Assembly (NCBI GenBank): GCA_963826115.1 | Contig: CAWGVS010000010.1 | Coordinates: forward strand, 64,001 to 128,000 | Direction: 5' to 3' | Origin: an uncultured Candidatus Rokubacteria bacterium | Lineage (GTDB): Bacteria; Methylomirabilota; Methylomirabilia; Rokubacteriales; DASRDR01 | DNA length: 64,000 nt | Shown: positions 55,055 to 62,558 of the stretch, piece by piece | Layout of the letters: each line of letters begins with the position of its first letter | Numbering within the stretch: the stretch's first letter is position 1 | Program-made: the position numbers and the translations under genes | Notes under the pieces: model-generated | Told to the model about the DNA's origin: nothing | Database searches by the model: none | Seen by the model: the letters and a program-made list of their open reading frames with translations, nothing else

Positions 55055-55683
55055 TGCCCCTTCCGGTGGCCCTTCTTGACGTGCTGCTTCATGACGGTGC
55101 GCGCGGCCACCTCCGCGGCGCGCCCGCCGTAGCGTCCCTCCCGCTGGGCCGCTTCCTTGATGTGCTCGTACTGCCGCTGCTCCTTGGTTCCAACGCCGCG
55201 CAGATGCCGCCGTTCGGGCATGGACCGATCCTCCCGTGTCGAGGCCGTGTTCTCGAGATCGATCAGGGCCAGCCTGGACGCGGGGTCGTAGCGCCGCTGG
55301 AGGTGTCCGGGCGGCTGGATCAGGATCACCTCGAGCGTCGGCCGGACGCGCGCCGCGAGGAGGTGCCCTCCGTGGGCGCTTCCGTCACGCTTGCCGACGA
55401 CCACGTGCGCGTGGACCTTCGGGGCCGAGCCCTCGAGGGCCACGTCCCCGACCAGGGACAGGACCTCGACCTGCTCGTCGATCGCGATCCGCACGTAGTC
55501 CTTGCGCGTCCAGTCGAAATAGCCGAGGGTCGCGGCCTCGAAGGCGCCGATCGCCGTGAAGTGGCCGGCCCTGAGACCTTCCCGCATCGCGAAGTCGAGG
55601 AGGCCCTGCATCGGCTCCTCGCCCGTGTCGAACACCAGCGCGATCGTGCGGGCTGCACCGGCGTGGAGGACCTTCGCGTTCAT
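55051..55683 (-). CDS. PPC/DUF296 domain protein fused in frame to a small basic helical domain
   Basis: FTAIGAF, EVLSLVGDV, KVHAHVVVG, GGHL, VRPTLEV. The C-terminal KEQRQYEHIKE...AARTVMK domain has its own RBS and ATG at 55221. Confidence 0.85.
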   Translation of the reverse strand: MNAKVLHAGAARTIALVFDTGEEPMQGLLDFAMREGLRAGHFTAIGAFEAATLGYFDWTRKDYVRIAIDEQVEVLSLVGDVALEGSAPKVHAHVVVGKRDGSAHGGHLLAARVRPTLEVILIQPPGHLQRRYDPASRLALIDLENTASTREDRSMPERRHLRGVGTKEQRQYEHIKEAAQREGRYGGRAAEVAARTVMKQHVKKGHRKGQ

Positions 55684-55744
55684 GGCGCGTTCATGGCGGG
55701 CCGCGCGACCCCGCGCGGGGAGATCGCTCCGCGCGGGGCAGAGC

Positions 55745-55993
55745 TCACGCGGCCCCGGTGAGGCCCGTCTCGCTCGCCAGGAGCTCCCGCACGACCCACA
55801 GCCGGCCGCACGTGCCGCAGAGCACCCCGGGGCCCAGGCGACGCGTCACGAGGCCGTTGCAGTTGGGGCAGCGATCGCTGACGTCGCTGGTGCGATCGTA
55901 GGTGACACGGGCGTCAGACCAGCGCCGAGCCCGCTGGAGCAGCGTGTCTCGGCCGAACTCCTCGGAATGACGGGGACGCCGCTGGCGTGGCAT
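55745..55993 (-). CDS. Small Zn-ribbon protein
   Basis: AGGAG RBS, CPNC...CGTC. Downstream of a sigma54 box. Confidence 0.6.
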   Translation of the reverse strand: MPRQRRPRHSEEFGRDTLLQRARRWSDARVTYDRTSDVSDRCPNCNGLVTRRLGPGVLCGTCGRLWVVRELLASETGLTGAA

Positions 55994-56052
55994 CGGGGGT
56001 CTCCTTTCTCCTCTCGGAGTGAACTCGCGCGCTGCCCTGACCTTGTCCATGG

Positions 56053-56068
56053 AGCAAGCTCTGTGCCG
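56053..56068 (-). promoter_or_regulatory. sigma54 -24/-12 promoter
   Basis: CGGCACAGAGCTTGCT (minus strand). Confidence 0.75.
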
Positions 56069-56133
56069 AGGGGGTTACCAGCGCGAAAGATTCGAACGGC
56101 GGCGCATGCGGCACCATGGGACTGGATCATCAC

Positions 56134-56165
56134 GGACACGCTGTCGCCTTCCGGACACCGTGTCG
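56134..56165. promoter_or_regulatory. Putative bEBP enhancer (UAS) copy
   Basis: GGACA-CGC-TGTCG-CCTTCC-GGACA-CCG-TGTCG. Confidence 0.72.
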
Positions 56166-56241
56166 CGTGAATGCGTCACCGAGGCGAGCCCGAGACGTGC
56201 CCGGTCGCGCCGGCTCCTCGAGGGAACCGGCGACCGGGGCG

Positions 56242-56667
56242 TCAGGCGGCCTCGAGGGAGATGTCGCGCGGGGACTCCCGAGCGGGGACCAGGGACTCGC
56301 GCCGGGCGCGGCGCTCGGCTTCTCCCTGGCAGTCCCGGCAGCGCTGGGCGAACGGGAGCGCGCGGAGGCGCGGCACCCCGATGAAGCCGTCGCACTCCTG
56401 GCAGAAGCCGTACCGTCCCTCGGACAGCCGCACGAGCGCGTCCTGGATCTGCACGACCTGCCGAGTGCGCCGGTCCATCAGGGCGACCTGGATCTCCGTG
56501 TGGAGGGTCTCCGCGGCGTGGACGGATATGTCGGTCAGACTCGTGCTCTCCGTGGTCCGGCTCTCGGAGACCACGGCGCGAAGAGACCCCTGCAGCCGTG
56601 CCAGCTCGGTTTCCAGGAATCCTTCGAGCTCGCCGATGATGCGCCGGTCCAGCTTCGTTGGGCTCAT
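56242..56667 (-). CDS. TraR/DksA C4-type zinc-finger protein
   Basis: IQDALVRLSEGRYGFCQEC..IGVPRLRALPFAQRCRDCQ. RBS AAGGAG. Confidence 0.88.
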   Translation of the reverse strand: MSPTKLDRRIIGELEGFLETELARLQGSLRAVVSESRTTESTSLTDISVHAAETLHTEIQVALMDRRTRQVVQIQDALVRLSEGRYGFCQECDGFIGVPRLRALPFAQRCRDCQGEAERRARRESLVPARESPRDISLEAA

Positions 56668-57188
56668 GCCATGCTCCTTCCGCCCGCGTCCTGAGCGGGC
56701 ATGCGATCGGAGGCCGGCCGTCGGGCCGGCGCCCCTCCCGGGCCGCCGAGAAACGCCTCGACCGCGCCTGTCAGGGCGGGCAGGACGGCCCGCTCGAGGG
56801 CGTCGGCGACGTCGTCGATGATGCGATTCACGAGACCCTCGACGCGGCCGCCCAGCCGTTCCCACGAGGCTGACGCCATGGTGGGCCCGGAGCCGCCCGC
56901 CTCCAGGCGCGCCGGGATGCGAGTGACCGCCTCCCGCCCCGCCGCCGCGACCCAGGGCCCGGCGTCCCGCTCGCTCTCGATCTCCCGGGCGAGACGTCGG
57001 CCGACCGCGGCGCCGAGGAGCACCGCGCCCAGCAGGCTCGAGACGGGGTAGCGCTCGACGTAGGTCTGCCACTGCATCGCGTCACCCGCCTTCCCGCGCA
57101 GCGCGCTCGCGGTTCGTGAGATGGAAGCCCGCGTCGCGTCGATGTCGCGACGCAGATCCTCGATGTCTACGCTCCGTGCCGGATCCAT
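56664..57188 (-). CDS. DUF3618-like protein
   Basis: DLRRDIDATRASISRT..L, then YVERYP plus a TM helix. Confidence 0.7.
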   Translation of the reverse strand: MDPARSVDIEDLRRDIDATRASISRTASALRGKAGDAMQWQTYVERYPVSSLLGAVLLGAAVGRRLAREIESERDAGPWVAAAGREAVTRIPARLEAGGSGPTMASASWERLGGRVEGLVNRIIDDVADALERAVLPALTGAVEAFLGGPGGAPARRPASDRMPAQDAGGRSMA

Positions 57189-57559
57189 TCCGCATCCTTC
57201 CGCAGCTCGCGACGGGTTTCCTCGGCGAGCCGCTGGTGTTGGAGCCGCCGCACCGCCAGCGCGCCGGCGCCCACACCGAGGATCCCCAGGCCCGCGCCCA
57301 CGAGGGCAAAGCCCTCCGGCGCCGACCCGACGAGCTCGCCGACCCACAGCCCCACGCCGAGCAGGAGAAAGGCCAGGCCCACGCTCGCCGCGAGGGCGCC
57401 GACCGTCAGCAGGCCTGCCGTCCTCGCGAGCGCCACGGCATCCCTCGCGAGCTCGGCCTTCAGGAGCGCGAGTCGCTGGTCGACCAGGCGCCCGACATCG
57501 GCAAGAAGCCGGAGCCCGAGCTCCGCGAAGCTCGCCGACTGACCGTTCCGGTGGATCAC
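57167..57559 (-). CDS. Phage_holin_3_6 (YqjE/DUF1469)-like membrane protein
   Basis: LLADVGRLVDQRLALLKAEL, 2 TM, ETRRELRKDAEWI. Confidence 0.8.
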   Translation of the reverse strand: MIHRNGQSASFAELGLRLLADVGRLVDQRLALLKAELARDAVALARTAGLLTVGALAASVGLAFLLLGVGLWVGELVGSAPEGFALVGAGLGILGVGAGALAVRRLQHQRLAEETRRELRKDAEWIRHGA

Positions 57560-57586
57560 CGGCGGGCCTCGCGCGTTCGCCCGCGC

Positions 57587-57970
57587 CTAGCGCCGGCCCG
57601 CGGAGCTCAGCCAGCCGAGCACGAGCCCGGCACCGGCGGCGATGCAAAGGGCCGTCACGGGCTGCTGGCGCGTGTACCCGACGACGTCGTGCCGCACCTT
57701 CTCCATGCCGCCGTCCCGGTATTCGGCGACCTTGTCACGGGCCTGCTGCACCGCGTCGCCCAGGTACTCCCGGGCGCCGTCGACGTAATCCTTGGTCTGC
57801 TGGATCGTGTCCTGGACGTACTCCTTCGCCTCGGCGGCGTAGTCCCTCATCTCGCGCCCGGATTCCTGAGCGCACTGTCGTGTCGTGTCGGCGAAGTCGC
57901 GCGCCTCAGACTTGGCCCACTCGCCCATCGATTCGTGTGCGATGCCATCCCAGCGAACGCGGTCTTCCAT
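57587..57970 (-). CDS. DUF883/ElaB-YqjD-like tail-anchored protein with LEA-like helical repeats
   Basis: Amphipathic repeats (AKEYVQD/TKDYVDG/AREYLGD), C-terminal YTRQQP..IAAGAGLVLGWL..RR. RBS GGAGG. Confidence 0.8.
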   Translation of the reverse strand: MEDRVRWDGIAHESMGEWAKSEARDFADTTRQCAQESGREMRDYAAEAKEYVQDTIQQTKDYVDGAREYLGDAVQQARDKVAEYRDGGMEKVRHDVVGYTRQQPVTALCIAAGAGLVLGWLSSAGRR

Positions 57971-58011
57971 GGTCGTCCTCCCGTGAAGGAAATCGCTCTC
58001 TGGCAGCGATG

Positions 58012-58027
58012 AGCAAGTCATGTGCCA
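58012..58027 (-). promoter_or_regulatory. sigma54 -24/-12 promoter
   Basis: TGGCACATGACTTGCT (minus strand). Confidence 0.82.
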
Positions 58028-58112
58028 CGTCGAGGTCGTGCGTGATTGCGCCTGGGACTCCCTCTTCTGCGCTGGTCCAGCTCGGGTGGCATGTCGCGCG
58101 ACCTCGAGCGGG

Positions 58113-58144
58113 CGTCACCGCGTCGTGCGCCCGACAGCGTGGCA
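58113..58144. promoter_or_regulatory. Putative bEBP enhancer (UAS) copy
   Basis: CGTCA-CCG-CGTCG-TGCGCC-CGACA-GCG-TGGCA, between divergent sigma54 boxes. Confidence 0.58.
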
Positions 58145-58210
58145 TCGGACCATACGCGCCGGACAGCGGGGGCGGGATGCCACCCCGCCGAAAGCACACC
58201 GCTCCTCCAG

Positions 58211-58226
58211 AGGCACATGCCTTGCA
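58211..58226 (+). promoter_or_regulatory. sigma54 -24/-12 promoter
   Basis: AGGCACATGCCTTGCA. Confidence 0.78.
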
Positions 58227-58286
58227 GCCAAGGACACGACGGCCGGGACGTCGACGAACTGCACGGCCTGGCCTCAAGGAGGGACC

Positions 58287-58568
58287 ATGAACACGAAGAA
58301 GCCGACCGATAAGCCCATCGAGCGCCGGCCCGACGACTCGATCGACCAGCGTCAGGGACCGTACGATCCGGCGAGGCCGGGCAGCCCGGGTCAGTCCGAG
58401 GCGTCCGAGGGTCGGAAGGACGTCGGGAAGCCGGAAGGCCGTTCGCCGGGCAAGCCGGCCTCCAAGCCCGGCGAGCGCGGCCCTGGCCAGGATGGGCGGA
58501 GCGACCGGGACGCGGGACGCCCGGTGCAGCTGGACGACCGCCGCGAGGACGAGTCGGCCCTGCGCTGA
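58287..58568 (+). CDS. Hydrophilic, probably disordered 93-aa protein (hydrophilin-like)
   Basis: AAGGAGG RBS. Rich in G/P/D/E/K/R with almost no hydrophobic residues. Confidence 0.75.
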   Translation: MNTKKPTDKPIERRPDDSIDQRQGPYDPARPGSPGQSEASEGRKDVGKPEGRSPGKPASKPGERGPGQDGRSDRDAGRPVQLDDRREDESALR

Positions 58569-58647
58569 TCGGCGGCCAGGGACACGACGACGGCCCTGGA
58601 GGGAATCCCCTCCGGGGCCGTGTCGCGTCGATCGGACGGAACGGGCG

Positions 58648-58800
58648 TCAGACCCGTCCGGTGAGGAACAGGACCAGGACGACGAGCAGCACGACGCCCA
58701 GCGTCCCGCTCGGATAGTAGCCCCAGCCGCTGCTGTATGGCCACGCCGGCAACGCTCCGACGAGCAGCAGAATCAGCAGGACGAGAAGGATGGTTGGCAA
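58648..58800 (-). CDS. DUF3309-family small membrane protein (50 aa)
   Basis: GGAGGTG RBS, TTG start. TILLVLLILLLVGALPAWPYSSGWGYYPSGTLGVVLLVVLVLFLTGRV. Confidence 0.88.
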   Translation of the reverse strand: MPTILLVLLILLLVGALPAWPYSSGWGYYPSGTLGVVLLVVLVLFLTGRV

Positions 58801-58881
58801 CGCTCTTATCACCTCCCTCGGTGAGACTTCGCGGGCGAGGCCGCCCCGGCGGCCGGCCGGGACGACCTCCCCCGATCCGCG

Positions 58882-59187
58882 CTACTGGATCTTGATGTTG
58901 TTGACGACGTCGTTGACGCCCGACACCTCGCGGGCGAGCTGCGTGGCGCGCGCCTTGATGGTCTCGCTCTCGACGTTGCCCGTGAGGTAGACGGTGCCCT
59001 TGTTGGTGTCGACGTCGACCTTGGTCAGGGTCGACGGTTTCTCGGCCGCGAGCTTGCTCTTCACCGTGGCCGTGATCTTCGCGTCGTCCACGTTCTCCCC
59101 GGCCGATTTGCCGGTCATCGACGTGCAGCCGGCGGTGAACGCCATCAGCAGCGTCAGCACCAGCATGGAGCGGAGCAGGTATCGCAT
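58882..59187 (-). CDS. BON-domain (OsmY-like) lipoprotein
   Basis: Lipobox TAGC, DDAKITATVKSKL, VDVDTNKGTVYLTG, VSGVNDVVNNI. Confidence 0.92.
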   Translation of the reverse strand: MRYLLRSMLVLTLLMAFTAGCTSMTGKSAGENVDDAKITATVKSKLAAEKPSTLTKVDVDTNKGTVYLTGNVESETIKARATQLAREVSGVNDVVNNIKIQ

Positions 59188-59226
59188 TGGTCAGCCCCTC
59201 CTTTTGGTGTCCTGGTCGTTGAGGCG

Positions 59227-59469
59227 CTACGGCCGCGGTGTGCCGGCCCGCTCCGACGGGGCCATCGCCGCGTCGATCTCGCGCAGCCGGCGCGCCACCT
59301 CGTCCTCCGCGTCGCGCCTGGCCCAGCCGTACTTCTCCTGCAGCTTGCCGACGAGCTTGTCGCGCTTTCCCGCGATCACGTCGAAGTCGTCGTCGGTGAG
59401 CTTGCCCCACCACTCCTTCACCTGGCCACGCATCTGCTTCCACTTGCCTTCCACGATGTCCGTGTTCAT
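59227..59469 (-). CDS. csbD: CsbD-family general stress protein
   Basis: MNTDIVEGKWKQMRGQVKEWWGKLTDDD..IAGKRDKLVGKLQEKYG. RBS AAGGAGG. Confidence 0.93.
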   Translation of the reverse strand: MNTDIVEGKWKQMRGQVKEWWGKLTDDDFDVIAGKRDKLVGKLQEKYGWARRDAEDEVARRLREIDAAMAPSERAGTPRP

Positions 59470-59538
59470 CCGGACCTCCTTGCGACGTCGACCTCGCCGC
59501 TCGGGTGCGAGGGCGTGGTCCCGCCAGGCCCTTCTCAT

Positions 59539-59554
59539 AGCAACAAGGCTGCCT
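59539..59554 (-). promoter_or_regulatory. sigma54 -24/-12 promoter (csbD-BON-DUF3309)
   Basis: AGGCAGCCTTGTTGCT (minus strand). Confidence 0.65.
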
Positions 59555-59665
59555 GGCTGACCGCCCGGCGGGTGCACGGACGAAAACGCTGATACCGTCT
59601 GCACATGAGATCGCATGGCGCTGCTGGCGCGATGTCGTCGCTCGCGTCGCGTCGTTCTCCGACGT

Positions 59666-59697
59666 TGTCATGGTGGCGTCGAGGCGACACCCTGACG
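59666..59697. promoter_or_regulatory. Putative bEBP enhancer (UAS) copy
   Basis: TGTCA-TGG-TGGCG-TCGAGG-CGACA-CCC-TGACG. Confidence 0.55.
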
Positions 59698-59725
59698 AAA
59701 CACACGCATCCTCCGCGCCGCGGCA

Positions 59726-59741
59726 TGGCACTGCCCTCGCT
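59726..59741 (+). promoter_or_regulatory. Possible sigma54 promoter (weaker -12)
   Basis: TGGCACTGCCCTCGCT. Confidence 0.45.
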
Positions 59742-59830
59742 CCATCGACGGAAAAAGCCCGCGTGGGCAGAGGGAGACACCGATGCGAGGGCCTTGGAGG
59801 GACACGTCGATCGCGCGAGGCAGGCACCCC

Positions 59831-59971
59831 ATGATCGCGCCCGTCGCGCGCGCCGCCACCCAGGACGCGCGGGAATCCACGACTCTCACCGCGGCCGTGG
59901 TGGGCTTCGTCGTTGCCCTCGTGACCTCGGTGGGCGTGTCGGTCGCGTGCGTCGCCTATCTGCACTGGTAG
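59831..59971 (+). CDS. Possible 46-aa single-TM microprotein
   Basis: MIAPVARAATQDARESTTLTAAVVGFVVALVTSVGVSVACVAYLHW. Alternative start 59783. Confidence 0.4.
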   Translation: MIAPVARAATQDARESTTLTAAVVGFVVALVTSVGVSVACVAYLHW

Positions 59972-60041
59972 GCGGTTGAGCAGGGAGGGAGTTTCGCCCC
60001 ACGCGGTGACGTCACCGACGGCAAGTGGCGTGTCGACGCGC

Positions 60042-61913
60042 TCAGCGTGCCGAGGCAAGCTCGATTGCGTCGGGCGTGGCCGCGCGCTGCAGCGGCGCCA
60101 GCTCCTGTAGCTGCGCGCATGCCTCGGCGAGCGTGGTCGTCACCCGATCGGCGCCCGCCGTGACCATGGCCTGACGCGCGCTCTCGTCACCGCCGTCGAC
60201 GCCCCACCATCCCACGACGATCGGCAGGTCCGGAAAGCGTGCCCGGAGACGCTTGCACAGGTGTCGGAGGTGCAGGGGATGGCCCGCGCCGGCCAGCGCG
60301 CCGATCACGACCGCGACGGGCGTCTCCTCCTCGACGCGCGTGACGGCCTCGCTGACCAGGAGGTCGGGTGACGCGATGCTCACCGCGAACCGTGTCGGGT
60401 CGAGGCGCTGCTTCAGCATGAGAAGCGCGACCTCGTCCGCCTCTTCCTGGGCGGGCAGCCCGAGAATGGACGTGGCGGGCCGCGTCGGCGGCTCGGCCAG
60501 GGACGCCGGCAGCTCGAGGTCCTCGACGATCTGACGGGTCACGCGCTCGACGTAGCGCACGTCCTCGTCCGTGATTCGGCCGCGCTCGTGGTCGCGCCGC
60601 GCGTGACTCAGGGCAGGCACGAGGACCTCGTCGAAGACGTCGTGGCCGGCCTGTGCGGCGACGTACTCCTGGACCAGGGCCGCGCCCTCGTTCTCGTCCC
60701 GGGCCACGAGCCGCTGGTAGTAGCTCCGGGCGGGTCCCATGACCGGCTCGTCCGACATGAGCACGGACAGGATCTCGAGGTCGGGGATGTACTTGGCGAG
60801 GACGACGAGGCAGACGGTGAGCGGCGTCGCCAGCGCCAGCCCGACGGCGCCCCACACCCAGGTCCAGAAGGCGACTGCCAGCAGGAGCGCGACCTGGGAG
60901 ACGCCCGCGCTCTGGCTGTAGAAGTACGGCTCCAGGATGAAGCCGGTGAAGACCTCCAGCCCGACGAAGAGCCCGGCGATCAGAATGGGCTGGAGCCAGC
61001 CATCGAAGACGGCCAGCCCCGCCAGCGATACCAAGAGCGCGCCCACCCAGGGGCCGACGTACGGGATGAACCGGAGGACCCCGGCCAGCGCGCCCCAGAG
61101 GAAGGCGTACGGAAGACCGATCACGAGCGCGCCGACCGTCACCCCGAGCCCGAAGGCGCCATTGATCAGGCACTGGCGCGTCAGGTAGTGGGTGATCCGC
61201 TGGGCGGCCTCGTCCATGGCCTTGGTGGTGGTGGCGATCCGACCGAACCCGATGACCCGGATCACGCGGTCCCGGAGCTGGAGCCGCTCCAGGAGCATGA
61301 AGATCACGAGGACCAGCACGAGACCGACGTTTGCCAGCGCCTCCAGCAGGACCGGCAGCGACCACAGCGTCGACGACGGTGACTTCACGACCACCGGCAC
61401 CGGCTTGTCGGCCGGCTTGACGGGCTTGTCCTCCTTCTGGAGCTCCTCGACCACCTCCTTGGTGGCCGTCTGCACCTTCTCGATGACGCTCCCGCGGCTG
61501 GCGCCGCGGATCGCGGCGATCTTCTGCTTGAGATGGTCGCGGTAGATCGGGATCTCCTCGCCGAGCCCGGCGGCCTGCAGTCCCACCGCCCACGCGAAGA
61601 CGCCCAGCGCGGAGAACGCCAGGAGCACCACCAGGATCACGGCGACCACGCGCGGCAACCATCGCTCGAACGAGCGGACGATCGGGTTCAGGACGAAGGT
61701 GAGGAGGCTGGCGACCGCGACGGGGACCAGGAACACCCGCCCGAGATAGAGCGCGCCCACCGTCATGAGGACACCGGCGAGCAGGATGACGGGGCGGACG
61801 CCGCGGAGATTCGCCTGGGGCGAACGCGAGCTCCGGGCATGGGACCCCGGCGCCGGATCCCTGGCGACATTCCCGAGCGTGGGGTAACCCGAGATCGAGC
61901 GCGTGTCCGTCAC
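60042..61913 (-). CDS. AI-2E family transporter with C-terminal cytoplasmic (B12-binding-like) domain
   Basis: LRDRVIR, LRFIPYVGP, ALATPLTVCLVV, YYQRLVARD, FDEVLVPAL, RLRARFPDLPIVVGWW. GTG 61913 in frame. Confidence 0.88.
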   Translation of the reverse strand: MTDTRSISGYPTLGNVARDPAPGSHARSSRSPQANLRGVRPVILLAGVLMTVGALYLGRVFLVPVAVASLLTFVLNPIVRSFERWLPRVVAVILVVLLAFSALGVFAWAVGLQAAGLGEEIPIYRDHLKQKIAAIRGASRGSVIEKVQTATKEVVEELQKEDKPVKPADKPVPVVVKSPSSTLWSLPVLLEALANVGLVLVLVIFMLLERLQLRDRVIRVIGFGRIATTTKAMDEAAQRITHYLTRQCLINGAFGLGVTVGALVIGLPYAFLWGALAGVLRFIPYVGPWVGALLVSLAGLAVFDGWLQPILIAGLFVGLEVFTGFILEPYFYSQSAGVSQVALLLAVAFWTWVWGAVGLALATPLTVCLVVLAKYIPDLEILSVLMSDEPVMGPARSYYQRLVARDENEGAALVQEYVAAQAGHDVFDEVLVPALSHARRDHERGRITDEDVRYVERVTRQIVEDLELPASLAEPPTRPATSILGLPAQEEADEVALLMLKQRLDPTRFAVSIASPDLLVSEAVTRVEEETPVAVVIGALAGAGHPLHLRHLCKRLRARFPDLPIVVGWWGVDGGDESARQAMVTAGADRVTTTLAEACAQLQELAPLQRAATPDAIELASAR

Positions 61914-61926
61914 TCGCGTGCATCGG

Positions 61927-61942
61927 TGCGAAACGCATGCCG
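61927..61942 (-). promoter_or_regulatory. Probable sigma54 promoter
   Basis: CGGCATGCGTTTCGCA (minus strand), 13 nt before GTG 61913. Confidence 0.55.
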
Positions 61943-61995
61943 GCCGCTTTCTAGCCCTTGGCCGCGGTCCACGCGACGCGAATGTCGCCGATTCG

Positions 61996-62027
61996 CGTCG
62001 TCGTGTCGCCACCACGACACCGTGGCG
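61996..62027. promoter_or_regulatory. Putative bEBP enhancer (UAS) copy
   Basis: CGTCG-TCG-TGTCG-CCACCA-CGACA-CCG-TGGCG, centred between divergent sigma54 boxes. Confidence 0.68.
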
Positions 62028-62082
62028 CTCACTCGCTCGCGGGAACGCGCGGGATATCCCGGAACCGACGTTGCGCCGGCGG

Positions 62083-62098
62083 CGGCACAGGGATTGCC
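62083..62098 (+). promoter_or_regulatory. sigma54 -24/-12 promoter
   Basis: CGGCACAGGGATTGCC. Confidence 0.72.
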
Positions 62099-62130
62099 TC
62101 TCTCGGCAACAACCGAGAGGAGGTGGCTCG

Positions 62131-62208
62131 ATGCGCGCGTTGATCCTGTATCTGCTGGGCGTTCCGGTTCTCGTGATCGTGGTCCTGTGGGTGTTCGGTG
62201 TCGTGTAG
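62131..62208 (+). CDS. 25-aa single-TM microprotein
   Basis: GAGAGGAGG RBS. MRALILYLLGVPVLVIVVLWVFGVV. Confidence 0.75.
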   Translation: MRALILYLLGVPVLVIVVLWVFGVV

Positions 62209-62558
62209 CGGATGGTCGCGGCGGGCCGCGGCCCGACGGGCGGGTCGCGGGCGTGCACGGTGGGGCGCGGCCTGCGATGTCTTCTCTCGTCTCCTCGCCG
62301 GAGGGGGCGACGCGTGGTCGCGCGCGCCTCGGCGGGTCCCCGTCGCCGCCGCGGTGACCCGGGCGGTCCCGCTCGCCGCCATCGCGGGCCTGACCGTGTG
62401 GGCGGAGACGACCGTGGCCCGCCTGGACCTCGACGCCGTCCAGCAGGCGCCGCTGGTCCCGTCCGCCGGCCGGCCACTACGCTCCGGCATCGCCGTCCGC
62501 GCTGTCGCGGGACGCTTGCCGCCGACAGCCGGGGACCGATGAGGGCGCCGACCTCGCG

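Noticed and set aside
57167-57559. Holin indicating a prophage
   Set aside because: No phage genes nearby. This family occurs with DUF883/DUF3618 in chromosomal stress operons.
24927-62027. The CGACA/TGTCG repeats as CRISPR, REP or IS ends
   Set aside because: They are dispersed single copies with variable spacers and no array or transposase, and they sit upstream of promoters rather than after stop codons.
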